A stretch of 64,000 nt of DNA, taken from positions 1-64,000 of the forward strand of contig JABHQW010000008.1 of NCBI GenBank assembly GCA_018696595.1, in the 5' to 3' direction. Below, one piece after another: positions 17,101-26,919 of the stretch (positions are counted from its first letter, which is position 1; each line of letters opens with the position of its first letter). The notes beneath the pieces are model-generated. The model was given only the letters and a program-made list of their open reading frames with translations, was not told the DNA's origin and made no database searches. This stretch comes from Candidatus Woesearchaeota archaeon. GTDB lineage: Archaea; Nanobdellota; Nanobdellia; Woesearchaeales; GW2011-AR9. Position numbers and translations under genes: made by a program.

Positions 17101-17348
17101 TCTGATTTAAGTTTAGTTAACATCCAGGGAGTCCATTTCCCACTAACAGCATAATTAATGGGTTGATTTCCACAAGATTGAATAAATTGAGGACCCCAAC
17201 CAACAGTAATAGAATCACCTAATAAAGCAATTTTATTACTATTACAAGAATCAGCTAAGACAGAGAAAGATAACCAAGAAATAAATAAAAAAATAACAAC
17301 TAACAAAAACAATAATTTACCTTTCCCTCTTTTTCTGTCCCCAAACAT
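14154..17348 (-). CDS. Secreted multidomain protein: SGNH hydrolase, DUF218-like, shared linker, SLT/lysozyme-like, metallophosphoesterase
   Basis: GDSI/GTND/HPN (SGNH); GG...EA.EM..YL...ETKSGDTAAN...VSDHRH (DUF218-like); QESSG...GLGQL...LFDPHKNI (SLT-like); GDT/GDFVD/GNHE/GHTH (calcineurin-like). Confidence 0.8.
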   Translation of the reverse strand: MFGDRKRGKGKLLFLLVVIFLFISWLSFSVLADSCNSNKIALLGDSITVGWGPQFIQSCGNQPINYAVSGKWTPWMLTKLKSEILNKGYTHLIVLGGTNDISGGKSAPDVIANLEQIYFLARNNNIKVIAGTIPPYNKQNSVEKNNVVKEINVWIRTQKEIGNIGGVVDFYQLLVSQEPCMNSNYASSCGNVHPNTAGYQAMSNKVFSEVFGGQITTEQATSTYLTNSANLQEFDTMMILGRHLRSEMENRVRAGYDLISVGNNFKKLILTGGCVETDKDATCQTCSGGCNEATEMETYLLTLDQNIHSKIAVIKETKSGDTAANLQNSKGYIQPGEKVLVVSDHRHVKAVAYCLRYAYNTDAYYYFAPKESVANFNPFSVELVAPIEGQVTENDHNGMIASCIKQQTNNQQGITPGSKLASNNQQFAQPYSQQQQQQFTTQEVPKGLPKRQEEIDEAWLKVSNFVASEGVNQVWDKTLTNIWSWQDIKKVYYTIQQIPIGSAPSYGTPFSLSNPGGPLPLSSTGSGSFAGLSGYKDTTYLPEVVEVSKQKGIDPCFGLVTVKQESSGQWWRVGNDANVGRCTVSARRRLLLDKSPACQNQYGPFSEASTSKLMNDCNAEANKHSSCVNLVENRRSLSSSERQQLRAQCIQAIQDPCIKGIFDTSTYSLNVPTSNPNLAKAHFCDNNGNKFDPNYRYGIGLGQLTSNFGATTIEQGGITYTLCDLFDPHKNIVAMVDELIKKGAKNAQTPEQIKEVFKRYVGGDRPERYVYFSKCKEASQSGYSTGPSAKNSGSTAPSQTTYVGQGQVKDPNCLILYGDTRNPTLKQKIALESIKKECANPSLFHVGDFVDDGGRKDHWKKFLNYERDLIKQGTLYAIVGNHESKSTYKGKGHQAIADNLGDEFPYIRNQMSNGGHHVVPITSNLIAIILNNEGNCNFETQFLKQQLNANPNKDIMLGYHKPAYPQITGSHSNGCARKWHELLVEHKNKGNKVLAFAGHTHGLARVIRGGVTHLEVGAMLNPRSCLPTQGSVFCLQTRGYYRCDANLHCVAKDENGNTLDQFNI
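15802..16022. repeat. 221-bp direct repeat copy 2
   Basis: Encodes EVPKGLPKRQEEIDEAWLKVSNFVASEG...SLSNPGG, as in copy 1. Confidence 0.95.
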
Positions 17349-17369
17349 TTCATTTACAACCTTAAAAAA

Positions 17370-17978
17370 TTAACCAATTAATTCTTCATAATCTTCTTCG
17401 TAGTACTCTTCACTAAAATCTTCAACATAAACCACCTGGAATTTTTTAACCAAAGTAGTTTTCTTTGTCAACAATGGATTCTCAATAAATAATTCCATGG
17501 TGTATTCTCCTTCTGGCAATCCTTGATTAACAATAAAAAAGTCTTTGAATGTAACATCTTCAGTTTCCTTATTACTTGTCAGATCAAAATTAAAATTGTT
17601 ACTTTCATCAACCTCCAATAACAGTTCTCCGGTCGGACCTTTAATTCGATAGTTCTCCACTAACATAATATCCCCATTATAAGTGCTACTTTCAACAGTA
17701 AAAATAAAATGAATCTCCGAACCAAGATCAAAAGTTTCAATTTCATTCATACAATTATAATCAAAATCAATGAAATCACAAAACTTAAAATCCTTGATTG
17801 TCAAATATCCTTCCCTGGTAACAGGGATAAAATTAGCATTTAAAACTGAAACTTGTTCATTTTCTGCTTCAACTGTAATAGTTCCAGTTTGGACCAACAA
17901 TAAAATAATTGCACTCGTAATAACTACCACAATTAGCATTACTAAAATTTCAGTCATTACTTTTCCTTGTTTATTCAT
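17370..17978 (-). CDS. Pilin-like protein (probable class III signal peptide) with acidic beta-sandwich domain
   Basis: MNKQG-KVMTEILVMLIVVVITSAII N-terminus. Confidence 0.55.
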   Translation of the reverse strand: MNKQGKVMTEILVMLIVVVITSAIILLLVQTGTITVEAENEQVSVLNANFIPVTREGYLTIKDFKFCDFIDFDYNCMNEIETFDLGSEIHFIFTVESSTYNGDIMLVENYRIKGPTGELLLEVDESNNFNFDLTSNKETEDVTFKDFFIVNQGLPEGEYTMELFIENPLLTKKTTLVKKFQVVYVEDFSEEYYEEDYEELIG

Positions 17979-17986
17979 CTTTTATT

Positions 17987-20900
17987 TTATTCTGGGAGAC
18001 AACAATACATTATGGCACTACTACCGCACCCGTGTTCAAGACCTAAACTATCTGCCCACGCTTGTGTTGAATACATTCCCCTACTCCAACATTGTGGTGT
18101 AGTTGGCGGACTTCCAGGAAGGTTACTTGAAGATAATAATGCACCTCCAGTTGGAGTCCTACAAACATAAGTGTTCCAATTATTTGGTTGCCAACCAGCA
18201 GGATAATTTGTTGCGATTTGGAAATTTGCATCTTTATGACCACAAGTTCCTGTTACTGGAGAAGTTGTATCTAAAGAAGCACCATCAGTAACACCTGCAC
18301 CAGTAATATCAATATTACATTGTGCTTTATCTTTAATAATTGTTAAATATTTTCTAATCTTCTCATAATCTGGTTTCTCATTACCAAGTGTTCCAGTCAC
18401 ACCCTCTGGATAAGGTTGTCCAATGTTCCCAAACCCATAATCTCTTTCAAAGAATGTTTTTAACATACTACAAACTTTAAATTTAGAATCCTGATTTTGA
18501 ACCCAGTTTTCTCCTCCCAATAAAATATGACAAGCAGCAGAATAATACACAGCAATAGCATCTTCAACATCATTATTCTTCCGATCTAATATTTTTCCAG
18601 ACCGTGCTAAAACTTCTGCACAATTACCTACCATATAATCCTGATGTAATTGGCTAGCTTGCTGAGCAACTAAAGGTTGTAGTGTTAAAGTAATTGATTC
18701 AGTATGTTCCGACCTTCCAAACGTAGGGGCTTTGACCCCAATATTTGCATTGAAACAACCATTTTGTCCGTCTGGCATTAATAACTTAGCAGTTACTGAA
18801 ATTGAGCTTTGTCCTAATGAAGAAATTGACGAACCACCAGCAGAATAAACGCAAGATGTTTTGCCATTACCTACTGTTGGAGCACCAACAAGATTAGTAT
18901 ACTTCAAACCACCAAAATTAAATATTGTTGCTTTGATTTCTTGTGGAGTCAATAAGTCTTTGCCATCTTTTCTTAATACAGATTCTAATCCTTGTGGGAA
19001 TTCAGTATAACCGGCTGGACCTTCAACAGTTACTCCTGAAGGAAATTTAACACGATATTGGTTTCCAACTTTCTCAAAAATAAACGGATAATCTTTTGAT
19101 TGCACGGAAGCTCCAGAAGAACCATAAGCAAAAGGTTGACTACAACCTGGAGCACTACTTGATGTATCTAAAGTTAATTTCCCACTACCACCAGAAAACA
19201 TCCCTTCGTTAACTGTACCTAAACCTTGAATTTCAATTGCAAAAGGCCCAGGTAAACCCTTTGGAAGAGGATCAGCAGGAGGGAATTGAGATGAATAACT
19301 ATTTAGAGGATCAGACTGTTGATACAATCCAGAGACAGAAGTTCTTAAACAATAATCTCCACCATCAGTCATCATGTGTACTTTAACTCTTATTGGGTCT
19401 CCTTTTGAGAATACACCTGGAGTTTTACAACCAATCCAAGATTGTGTTCTTTGATCATAACAACTCATGTAAGGGTCTTCTAAATAAACCCCTGCCCCAG
19501 AACCAAACATTTTCTGAACCTCTGGGCAGAAGTATCTTCCCGTAGCAGGTTGTACTTGACAAATAAATTCTGCAGGTGCAGAAGTATCAATGATAGGATA
19601 ATAAAATACGCCATCGCGATAACCTTCATCAAAACATTTTTCCGATTCTTCATAAGCATCTAAGTTTAATTTTACAACAACATGATCATATCGATAACTG
19701 GAATCAACTTTTTGTGGTGCGGGTATTTCTAAATCAACAAATGAACCAGATTTAAGATCTCTAATTCTACCATGTTCAACATTATAAGTTTTTTCAGACT
19801 CTAAGTTACTAGACTCTTCTGTGATGTGTAAACAATCACAACCTTGCCCTTCACAGCTTACTCCGGGACGATCTAAATCTTCTTGCCCAACACATTTCAA
19901 GGAAACATCAACACTTTTAATCTTACATCCCGGAAGCACCATCGCGCCTAAGTTATAATTGTAAACTGCCGAACCTTTCTGGGGATTAAAAGTAGCTAAC
20001 TCTCTTTCAGCTGGGAAAACCATAACAGTAGTTTTTCCTGAAACAGCGTATGCAGAATCCAAAATGAAGTCTGTTCCCATCGGCCAATCATAACCAAATG
20101 CAGCCATACAAATTGATTGAGTAAATCCTTTAGAACCAGCAGCAAAATATTGGTTAAGTTGAGCATTACCATAATCACTTTTAATATCATCAATTGAAGA
20201 TTGCATTGCTTCTCCGATTGATTCAATTCCTGCTTTAAAACCAAAACCTAAGCTATCCAATAAACCGCCACTTTCTCCTTTGGCTTGATCACCAGCAGTA
20301 TTAGCGCTACAATCATTATAAAAATAAGCAATAATCTTGTAAACTAATCCACAGACGTGTTGTGAAAAAATAGTTTTACAAACTCCCGCATCTGTCAAAC
20401 CAGAAATCTTAGCTTCTTCGATACAATTTCTAAATCCTTCTAAGATGCTCTTCAATGTAATTAACTGGGCTCTAACTCTAGACAAACAAATTGTTTGGTA
20501 AGCTCCTAAAAATTGAGTGTGAGGATTAACTTCATGAACTTCTTTATTCTCTCCCTTCAAATAATCTAATAAATAATCTGCTCCAAAAGCTGAAGAAGTG
20601 TCTCTTACAGAATAATATCTCCATTCAGGATAGTAAGTCCCCCCATTACCAGAACTTTCTCTAAACAATGTTCCTTGCCTATAACTCCATCGTTCAGATT
20701 CCTCACCAACTTCTTTAGCCGCAACTCTGACACCACTATAACCTTTAGTGTTATTAATATCTTCAGCCACGCAAACACATTGTAATAATCCAGTGTAACC
20801 TGTGTCTGGTTTCTTAGCTACTAATGTGCTTGTTGAAGCTGTTTGTGTTACAACCCCTTCAACAATGCAAATATTATTTTTACCACAAAAAGAATTATTT

Positions 20901-23900
20901 CCAAGTTCTGTTTTACAAATTGCATCACTTTGACACTGAACTGTTGAGGCAGAAGCTTGTCCTGTTTGTTCCAAATCAACAAAACAATCCGAAGTATAAC
21001 CCGCAGGGTATCTTGGGCCTTTCAATAATCTGCCATTAGTGTCGTCTGCTGTTTCAGCTATTGGTTCACCTAAATTTGTTGAATCTTTAGAGTTTCCAGA
21101 CTGATCTGTAAGTTCGCCCTGCTCATTTTCTCTAATTATAATTGTCTGTTCATCAGAGTCGGCAGCAGGTTCAGGGATTTCCACTCCACCCTCTAAAACA
21201 ATATTCTTCCCAGAAAACTTTTCTGCATAACAGCCATGTTGTACGGCCCCTTTCTCTTGTTCATTAGCAATATTCTTCACACTTTTAGTAACATCATATT
21301 CATAACCCGGTTTCCTTAAACTTTGACAAACATATTCACAACTTCTATCTTGACCAACAATAAAGTTATTTGCTTTTGGAGGTTTGTAAGCAATTAATTT
21401 CTGAGGAACATCTTGAGCAATCGCACTTAAACCACCAGTATTTAATTTTCTTCCAAAGTCATAAATTAAACTTAACTCTCTAGTTTCTCCACCTCGTACC
21501 ACCGACTTTGAAGCCCCACCAGTATCTATATATAAACGATCATTGTAACGGTAACAAGTACTTCCTCCTTTACTGATAAACTCTGCAGTTCTTTGGTTAG
21601 GCATAGAAGAAACATGATTTTTTTCAATGATTTCATTACAATTCTCAATTTCTTGTAGTGGAACCCCTGAAGCAGAAACTGAACATTGACTTTGTTTAAG
21701 AACAACAGTATCAACTTCTGCTTTATCTTTTGATGCAGTCCAACCCGCAGGAACTGCTCGACAATAAACCCGATCACAAGTCCATTTGTATAATTGATCA
21801 AGAGCAGCCTCAGCTTTCCACATTCCTGCCGTGCTTGGACAAACATCATCTAAAGAATATCCTTCAGCATTCCAATCTTGTTTTACATTCCCGTCAGTGT
21901 ATCCAATAGAATCATAATCACCTGGATTAGTTCCTGGTTGATTGAATAAACCACTAACTTCACTCCAATGATCTACTGTTTTCTTCAATAATAAGTTACT
22001 TTGATCCTTGGGGCATTTTTTCCCTTCAGCATCAGCACCAACTGCACTTGAAACTTTAGAAGAATAAGATTCATATTTAGCAGTAAATATTCTTAACCAT
22101 CTTACAACCATCCTTCCAAGGAATGAACCAATACAAGCATAACCAGCCACAAGAACTGCATCTTCAATGTAAGGCAGGATATTATCTATTAAATTAATAG
22201 TTTCATCAACAACAGTTAATCCTTCATCAGCTAACCAATCTGGGATCATGTCTGCACTATCAATAGGAATATCAACAAAATAACTTAAATCATAACAAGA
22301 CGTTTGAGTTTTTACCGGCCCAAGATTCCCATTACCATCCCTCTCTTGATAACTAACTCTAATCTTCATCGGAAAAACTATTTGTCTTTTCTTGAAATCA
22401 TTCCAGAAATCGCCATCCTTATCACTTAACTTTTCTGCACTATGTAAATTATAAGTTAAGTACCAAGCAGTTTTATCATTGTTAGAAATCTTTCTAGGAT
22501 GTGGGGGCATAACATTACATCCCAACTTAGTACTTTCGTCTTCCATCATTCCTGATGTACACGCCCGATCAAAACTAACACTATTGACTTTAAATGCTTC
22601 ACCCTCTGGAAGAATCTGCCCAGAGTTCTGATCTTTCTTAGCCTGTCCAGAACCCCGATAACTCAAATTAAATACCGCGGTTGCTTCTTCCCTACCATCA
22701 TCCAATAACCCAGGATCTAAACGTAATGGTCTTTGAAATTCAGGAACTGAACGAATATCAAAATCCCAATCAGAGGAATAACAGGTGTTAACAGTAACAG
22801 TAGTTTGAGCAAAAGCAGTTTTTCCACTTTTATCTTCTGCAACTAAAAAAACATGATATGTCCATTGCTGTTGATCAACAACAGTAGAAGTTGGAAAGAT
22901 AGAATAATCTAACAAATTTTGAGGAACTTCTTTTGGGGCCAAATTTTCCAGACTTACTGGTTCGCTTTCAAAATCAACATCTTTAAATTTAAAAGTCCCA
23001 TTTTGGTCGGCAGTAACCTTTGCCCAAGCACGATCAAACTTAGGACTATAATCATAACCAATTGGCCGATAAACAAACAAGTAAATATCCGCCCCAGCTT
23101 CAGTCTCACCATCAATTGATGATTCTGCTCGGCCCTGATAATATTCCTGCCCTTTTGAAATGTCAAATTTAAGAGTTGGTGCTTTTGTATCTGCACCGAT
23201 AACTATTTCTTTAATCGTTTCCCAACCAGCCACATCTTTGGCAACAATCTTAATAATATTTTCACCTTCTTCTAAAGAGAGAGATTCTTTAATTTCAACT
23301 CCAGTCCCATCTGCTTCAGATTCATTATTGACAAAAACTTCATAATCAGATTCTTCAGAAATTGTTGCCACTAAATCAAAACTCCCTTGGTCAACTATTT
23401 CAGGAATATCAGCAACAGTTATTTGGGGCTTACTCCCATCTGCAAACACAGTTCCAGAGAATTGAGCAGAATTACCAGCAGCATCAATTACTTCTATTCC
23501 TATTTGATTATCCTTATCCTTGCCAACAATAACATTATTAAACACGAACTTACCATCCAAATTTTCTGGCTTGTCTTCCTCTTCTTTATCTTCTTGATTT
23601 TTATCCCATAAAGCTTTTCCATACGGCGCTTCTAAATAACTAAAACTAATTGCACTTCCAACTAAAGCTTTTTCCTGATCATAAATTTCATCAACAAAAT
23701 CTTTTTTGTTATTAAAACCTAATGCTGAAAAATCTAATCCCTTTTCATAAATAACGTAAGGAACATTTTCTCCATCTTCTTTTCGATTATAGCAACCATT
23801 AAGTCCTTCATACTTGTTCTCAGAAGCACAACTAGAATCAACAGTTGTAAAATAACCACCAGCAGGATCAACTGCTTTCCAAGCACCATCAATATAAACA

Positions 23901-24910
23901 TCCGCAAAAACATGACCTAAGAAAGGACTATCAACTTTTTCACCAGCATTAACTTTCTCTAAGAAATCCTGTTGGATCGTTTCAACATAAATTGCAGGAA
24001 TTCCTTTAGCTCTTGCTAAAGTTATAAACACTAATGCAAAATCAGTACAACCACTAAACTCTCCTTTTTCAATAATTTCTTCAGCAGTAAGACTTCCTTT
24101 AGCTAAAGAGTCAATATCTTTGTGTTCTAAATTGTCTTGGATCCAAGAAATAATATTCTCCGCAATCTCTTTATCAGAATCTCCAGTAATTAAATCGGCC
24201 ATTTTCTGGATTGCAGGAGTGACTTCTGTTTGTTCACCTGTTTGTAAATATTTAGTTGCTAAAGCAGGAAGTTCTTCTTCAGGAGTTTCACTTTCAATCA
24301 TTTCACTTTCATTTACTGGACCCTCAATTTCCTCTTCAACATCTTCAACAACAGTTTCTTTATTATCATCAAAAGCATCTTCAATAACTAAGTTTTCTTC
24401 AAACTCAGATTTAGCAACAGTACTACCAGCAAAAGCGTCGTTAACATAAAGCTTAACATTCATTCCTGGTTCGGTCCAACCAACAAGGTCAAATTTCCCG
24501 CCTGGAATCATTTTCGGAAGATTAACATAAACTTCGGGAGCAGTAGTGTCTGGAACTAATGTTCTGAATGAGTATAAGTTTCCAGAATTGTCATCAACAG
24601 TTCCAGAACTTTCAACATTGTAAAAATATTCCTGATCTTCATTAAGATTCTCTAACGACATCTCGTGCTCAGTTAATTCCTTAGCATCGCCTATCTTTTG
24701 CAAACTTTCTTTATTATCTCCGTAACTTACAAAACTACTTCCAGCTTCATCAGTATCCCATTTAATTACAGCACCATTCTCTGTAATATCTTCTGCACTA
24801 ATACCCGAAATTTCTAACGCGTTAACTAAAGGCAAATTAACAAATAGAGCAATAACTATCAAAACCAATAACTTCCTGTTCAGTATTCTTGTAAATTTTT
24901 CTCTCATCAT
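17987..24910 (-). CDS. Giant (2307 aa) secreted surface protein: FN3/Ig-like repeats, transglutaminase-like domain, Cys-rich regions
   Basis: Signal peptide; FN3-like (WDTDE...H...L.NL....YFY.V); GCTDF...GHVFADVY...D triad; D..GN Ig-like strands; C-terminal C...CC motif. Confidence 0.75.
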   Translation of the reverse strand: MMREKFTRILNRKLLVLIVIALFVNLPLVNALEISGISAEDITENGAVIKWDTDEAGSSFVSYGDNKESLQKIGDAKELTEHEMSLENLNEDQEYFYNVESSGTVDDNSGNLYSFRTLVPDTTAPEVYVNLPKMIPGGKFDLVGWTEPGMNVKLYVNDAFAGSTVAKSEFEENLVIEDAFDDNKETVVEDVEEEIEGPVNESEMIESETPEEELPALATKYLQTGEQTEVTPAIQKMADLITGDSDKEIAENIISWIQDNLEHKDIDSLAKGSLTAEEIIEKGEFSGCTDFALVFITLARAKGIPAIYVETIQQDFLEKVNAGEKVDSPFLGHVFADVYIDGAWKAVDPAGGYFTTVDSSCASENKYEGLNGCYNRKEDGENVPYVIYEKGLDFSALGFNNKKDFVDEIYDQEKALVGSAISFSYLEAPYGKALWDKNQEDKEEEDKPENLDGKFVFNNVIVGKDKDNQIGIEVIDAAGNSAQFSGTVFADGSKPQITVADIPEIVDQGSFDLVATISEESDYEVFVNNESEADGTGVEIKESLSLEEGENIIKIVAKDVAGWETIKEIVIGADTKAPTLKFDISKGQEYYQGRAESSIDGETEAGADIYLFVYRPIGYDYSPKFDRAWAKVTADQNGTFKFKDVDFESEPVSLENLAPKEVPQNLLDYSIFPTSTVVDQQQWTYHVFLVAEDKSGKTAFAQTTVTVNTCYSSDWDFDIRSVPEFQRPLRLDPGLLDDGREEATAVFNLSYRGSGQAKKDQNSGQILPEGEAFKVNSVSFDRACTSGMMEDESTKLGCNVMPPHPRKISNNDKTAWYLTYNLHSAEKLSDKDGDFWNDFKKRQIVFPMKIRVSYQERDGNGNLGPVKTQTSCYDLSYFVDIPIDSADMIPDWLADEGLTVVDETINLIDNILPYIEDAVLVAGYACIGSFLGRMVVRWLRIFTAKYESYSSKVSSAVGADAEGKKCPKDQSNLLLKKTVDHWSEVSGLFNQPGTNPGDYDSIGYTDGNVKQDWNAEGYSLDDVCPSTAGMWKAEAALDQLYKWTCDRVYCRAVPAGWTASKDKAEVDTVVLKQSQCSVSASGVPLQEIENCNEIIEKNHVSSMPNQRTAEFISKGGSTCYRYNDRLYIDTGGASKSVVRGGETRELSLIYDFGRKLNTGGLSAIAQDVPQKLIAYKPPKANNFIVGQDRSCEYVCQSLRKPGYEYDVTKSVKNIANEQEKGAVQHGCYAEKFSGKNIVLEGGVEIPEPAADSDEQTIIIRENEQGELTDQSGNSKDSTNLGEPIAETADDTNGRLLKGPRYPAGYTSDCFVDLEQTGQASASTVQCQSDAICKTELGNNSFCGKNNICIVEGVVTQTASTSTLVAKKPDTGYTGLLQCVCVAEDINNTKGYSGVRVAAKEVGEESERWSYRQGTLFRESSGNGGTYYPEWRYYSVRDTSSAFGADYLLDYLKGENKEVHEVNPHTQFLGAYQTICLSRVRAQLITLKSILEGFRNCIEEAKISGLTDAGVCKTIFSQHVCGLVYKIIAYFYNDCSANTAGDQAKGESGGLLDSLGFGFKAGIESIGEAMQSSIDDIKSDYGNAQLNQYFAAGSKGFTQSICMAAFGYDWPMGTDFILDSAYAVSGKTTVMVFPAERELATFNPQKGSAVYNYNLGAMVLPGCKIKSVDVSLKCVGQEDLDRPGVSCEGQGCDCLHITEESSNLESEKTYNVEHGRIRDLKSGSFVDLEIPAPQKVDSSYRYDHVVVKLNLDAYEESEKCFDEGYRDGVFYYPIIDTSAPAEFICQVQPATGRYFCPEVQKMFGSGAGVYLEDPYMSCYDQRTQSWIGCKTPGVFSKGDPIRVKVHMMTDGGDYCLRTSVSGLYQQSDPLNSYSSQFPPADPLPKGLPGPFAIEIQGLGTVNEGMFSGGSGKLTLDTSSSAPGCSQPFAYGSSGASVQSKDYPFIFEKVGNQYRVKFPSGVTVEGPAGYTEFPQGLESVLRKDGKDLLTPQEIKATIFNFGGLKYTNLVGAPTVGNGKTSCVYSAGGSSISSLGQSSISVTAKLLMPDGQNGCFNANIGVKAPTFGRSEHTESITLTLQPLVAQQASQLHQDYMVGNCAEVLARSGKILDRKNNDVEDAIAVYYSAACHILLGGENWVQNQDSKFKVCSMLKTFFERDYGFGNIGQPYPEGVTGTLGNEKPDYEKIRKYLTIIKDKAQCNIDITGAGVTDGASLDTTSPVTGTCGHKDANFQIATNYPAGWQPNNWNTYVCRTPTGGALLSSSNLPGSPPTTPQCWSRGMYSTQAWADSLGLEHGCGSSAIMYCCLPE

Positions 24911-26919
24911 TTTACTTCTGGTTTAGGCAAAATTAAACTATGTTCCTTTAACCCCAACATTAATTCCACCATTTCATCTTCATTTGGATTCTTTTTAGTA
25001 ATAGTATGGAAAATAATTTCGTTAACATTTTCTAATTTGTTCCAAGGAACAGTCCATTCTCCTTTATATCCACCAACAAACTCTTCTTCGTTAAAGACAT
25101 GTACTTCCACATCATAGGTAAAGTCTGCTTTAGCCATTAATTCAACTTTCTGATCCTCCAAGAATTGGTCACTTAATCCAGAAGAACGAACAAAGTTAAT
25201 ATCATGAGTAATTTCTTTCTCAGAATAATTCCATGGTTGAAGTTTCATGGTAATCAAAGCCAACTCATCTTGAGTCGCACTTTCTGCATTTCCAAATAAA
25301 AGATCCCCGCCAATAAATAATTCATGTTTGACAATCTTAATTTTGCTAAGCGGAACTTTAATAGTTGGTATTAAGTTTAATTCAACTTCTTGGCCATCTT
25401 TAGTAACAACCCGTTGCCAATCTTCTTTGTAACTATCTTTAGTTCCCCTCAGAATACCACCAACGCAATAAGGAAAGTTTGTTGAGAAACCAGCATAACC
25501 TAATCCCGCATAATCATATTCAGTTTTACCAATTTCACATTGATATTGTAAACAACTAAATTCAACATCAACTTCATCTAAATCTTCGGTGTAAGCTACA
25601 CCCTGACCATTTTCAACAAATTCATAAGTTTTTACAGTCATTGGAACTTTTCTTTGAACACAGTAATCTTCTAAAGTTTCAGTAGGGAACATGTAAGAAG
25701 GTCTTGATTCTGGATTACCTCTACTTGGCTGATTTGCAACTAAATGAACAGTAAAAGCCATGTTAAAATTATAACCTGTTGTTTCATCTCTTAAGTTTAC
25801 GGTTACTGGATACATTAAATCATAAGTGAACTTCCAACTTTGGATGCATAAGAAAGATAATTGTTCTGCCCCACCCAGACTAGAACTTTTTAATTTTGAG
25901 CCAGAAACTGGAGTTACTGCAAAAACATAAGGAAAACTAGAATCAAAATTAAAAATTACATTAACATCAGAATCAGCATAATCATCTCCTAAGTCCCAAA
26001 CATAATGATTATCATAATAAGTTAATCCGTCTTCATACGCTGGATAATAATTTGTTGGGAATTCAACAACATCTGTATCTTTAATTCTTAACTGTCTTAA
26101 ATTTACTCTCACTAATTCTAATAAAGTTTCTTCTGCTTCTTTAACACTCCAGGTTTTTTTGTTACAACTTAATGTCATTCCAGCAGCAGGAACTTTAGGA
26201 TGTTCTAAAGCAATTAAATCTTGAGTAAGGTCTTCAAGTTTAAGTGTATCCATCTCCTTTTCAATAATTCTCTCAGCCAATTTGTGTAAGCGTTTTAACT
26301 TGGCCGGATTCTCAGTTACGTGATTAATTACTTCGGAAACGACTTCTCCACCCTTATTTCTAACCTCAACATCCCAATGAACATTAAAAATAACTTTACT
26401 TTCTACAATTTCTGTATTCGCAGTGATGTCACTTTTTTCAATTAAATCATAAGATTCTTGAAAAGCTTCTAAATCAAATAAACAAGGTCTTAAATTTTCT
26501 TCGATATAAGTGTCAATTCTTTCCTTAATTAAAAGAATTGAAGGAACATTTACGTTCGGACCAGAAGCCCAAAATGGAACTGTATGTATTGGAGATATTT
26601 TTAACCCATAATTAGCATCATTAAGAGAATCTTCAGAGATTTTAATATATCCCCCTTGCGAACCAATAATTAACAACGCATCTTCTCCCACTTGATCCAT
26701 ACAAGTTGTAATGAAATTTTCAACTTTACCTTTCTCTGTAGGAATGATTTCTTCGGTTTTAAACGAGATTACTTCTTTCTTTAACGCTATTACTAAGACC
26801 AAAGCTAGTAACATTAAAATCCCAAGAATAATGAAAATAGTAATCTGGCCTTTCTTAGATCTAGGTTTAGCAGAAAAAGCTCTAATTACATCTAATTTAT
26901 ACCTCTTTTTGTTATTCAC
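24907..26919 (-). CDS. Large pilin-like protein with class III signal peptide
   Basis: SKKG-QITIFIILGILMLLALVLV, followed by paired Cys motifs (TTCMDQ, RPCL, CLQYQC). The stop overlaps the start of the giant gene. Confidence 0.7.
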   Translation of the reverse strand: MNNKKRYKLDVIRAFSAKPRSKKGQITIFIILGILMLLALVLVIALKKEVISFKTEEIIPTEKGKVENFITTCMDQVGEDALLIIGSQGGYIKISEDSLNDANYGLKISPIHTVPFWASGPNVNVPSILLIKERIDTYIEENLRPCLFDLEAFQESYDLIEKSDITANTEIVESKVIFNVHWDVEVRNKGGEVVSEVINHVTENPAKLKRLHKLAERIIEKEMDTLKLEDLTQDLIALEHPKVPAAGMTLSCNKKTWSVKEAEETLLELVRVNLRQLRIKDTDVVEFPTNYYPAYEDGLTYYDNHYVWDLGDDYADSDVNVIFNFDSSFPYVFAVTPVSGSKLKSSSLGGAEQLSFLCIQSWKFTYDLMYPVTVNLRDETTGYNFNMAFTVHLVANQPSRGNPESRPSYMFPTETLEDYCVQRKVPMTVKTYEFVENGQGVAYTEDLDEVDVEFSCLQYQCEIGKTEYDYAGLGYAGFSTNFPYCVGGILRGTKDSYKEDWQRVVTKDGQEVELNLIPTIKVPLSKIKIVKHELFIGGDLLFGNAESATQDELALITMKLQPWNYSEKEITHDINFVRSSGLSDQFLEDQKVELMAKADFTYDVEVHVFNEEEFVGGYKGEWTVPWNKLENVNEIIFHTITKKNPNEDEMVELMLGLKEHSLILPKPEVK

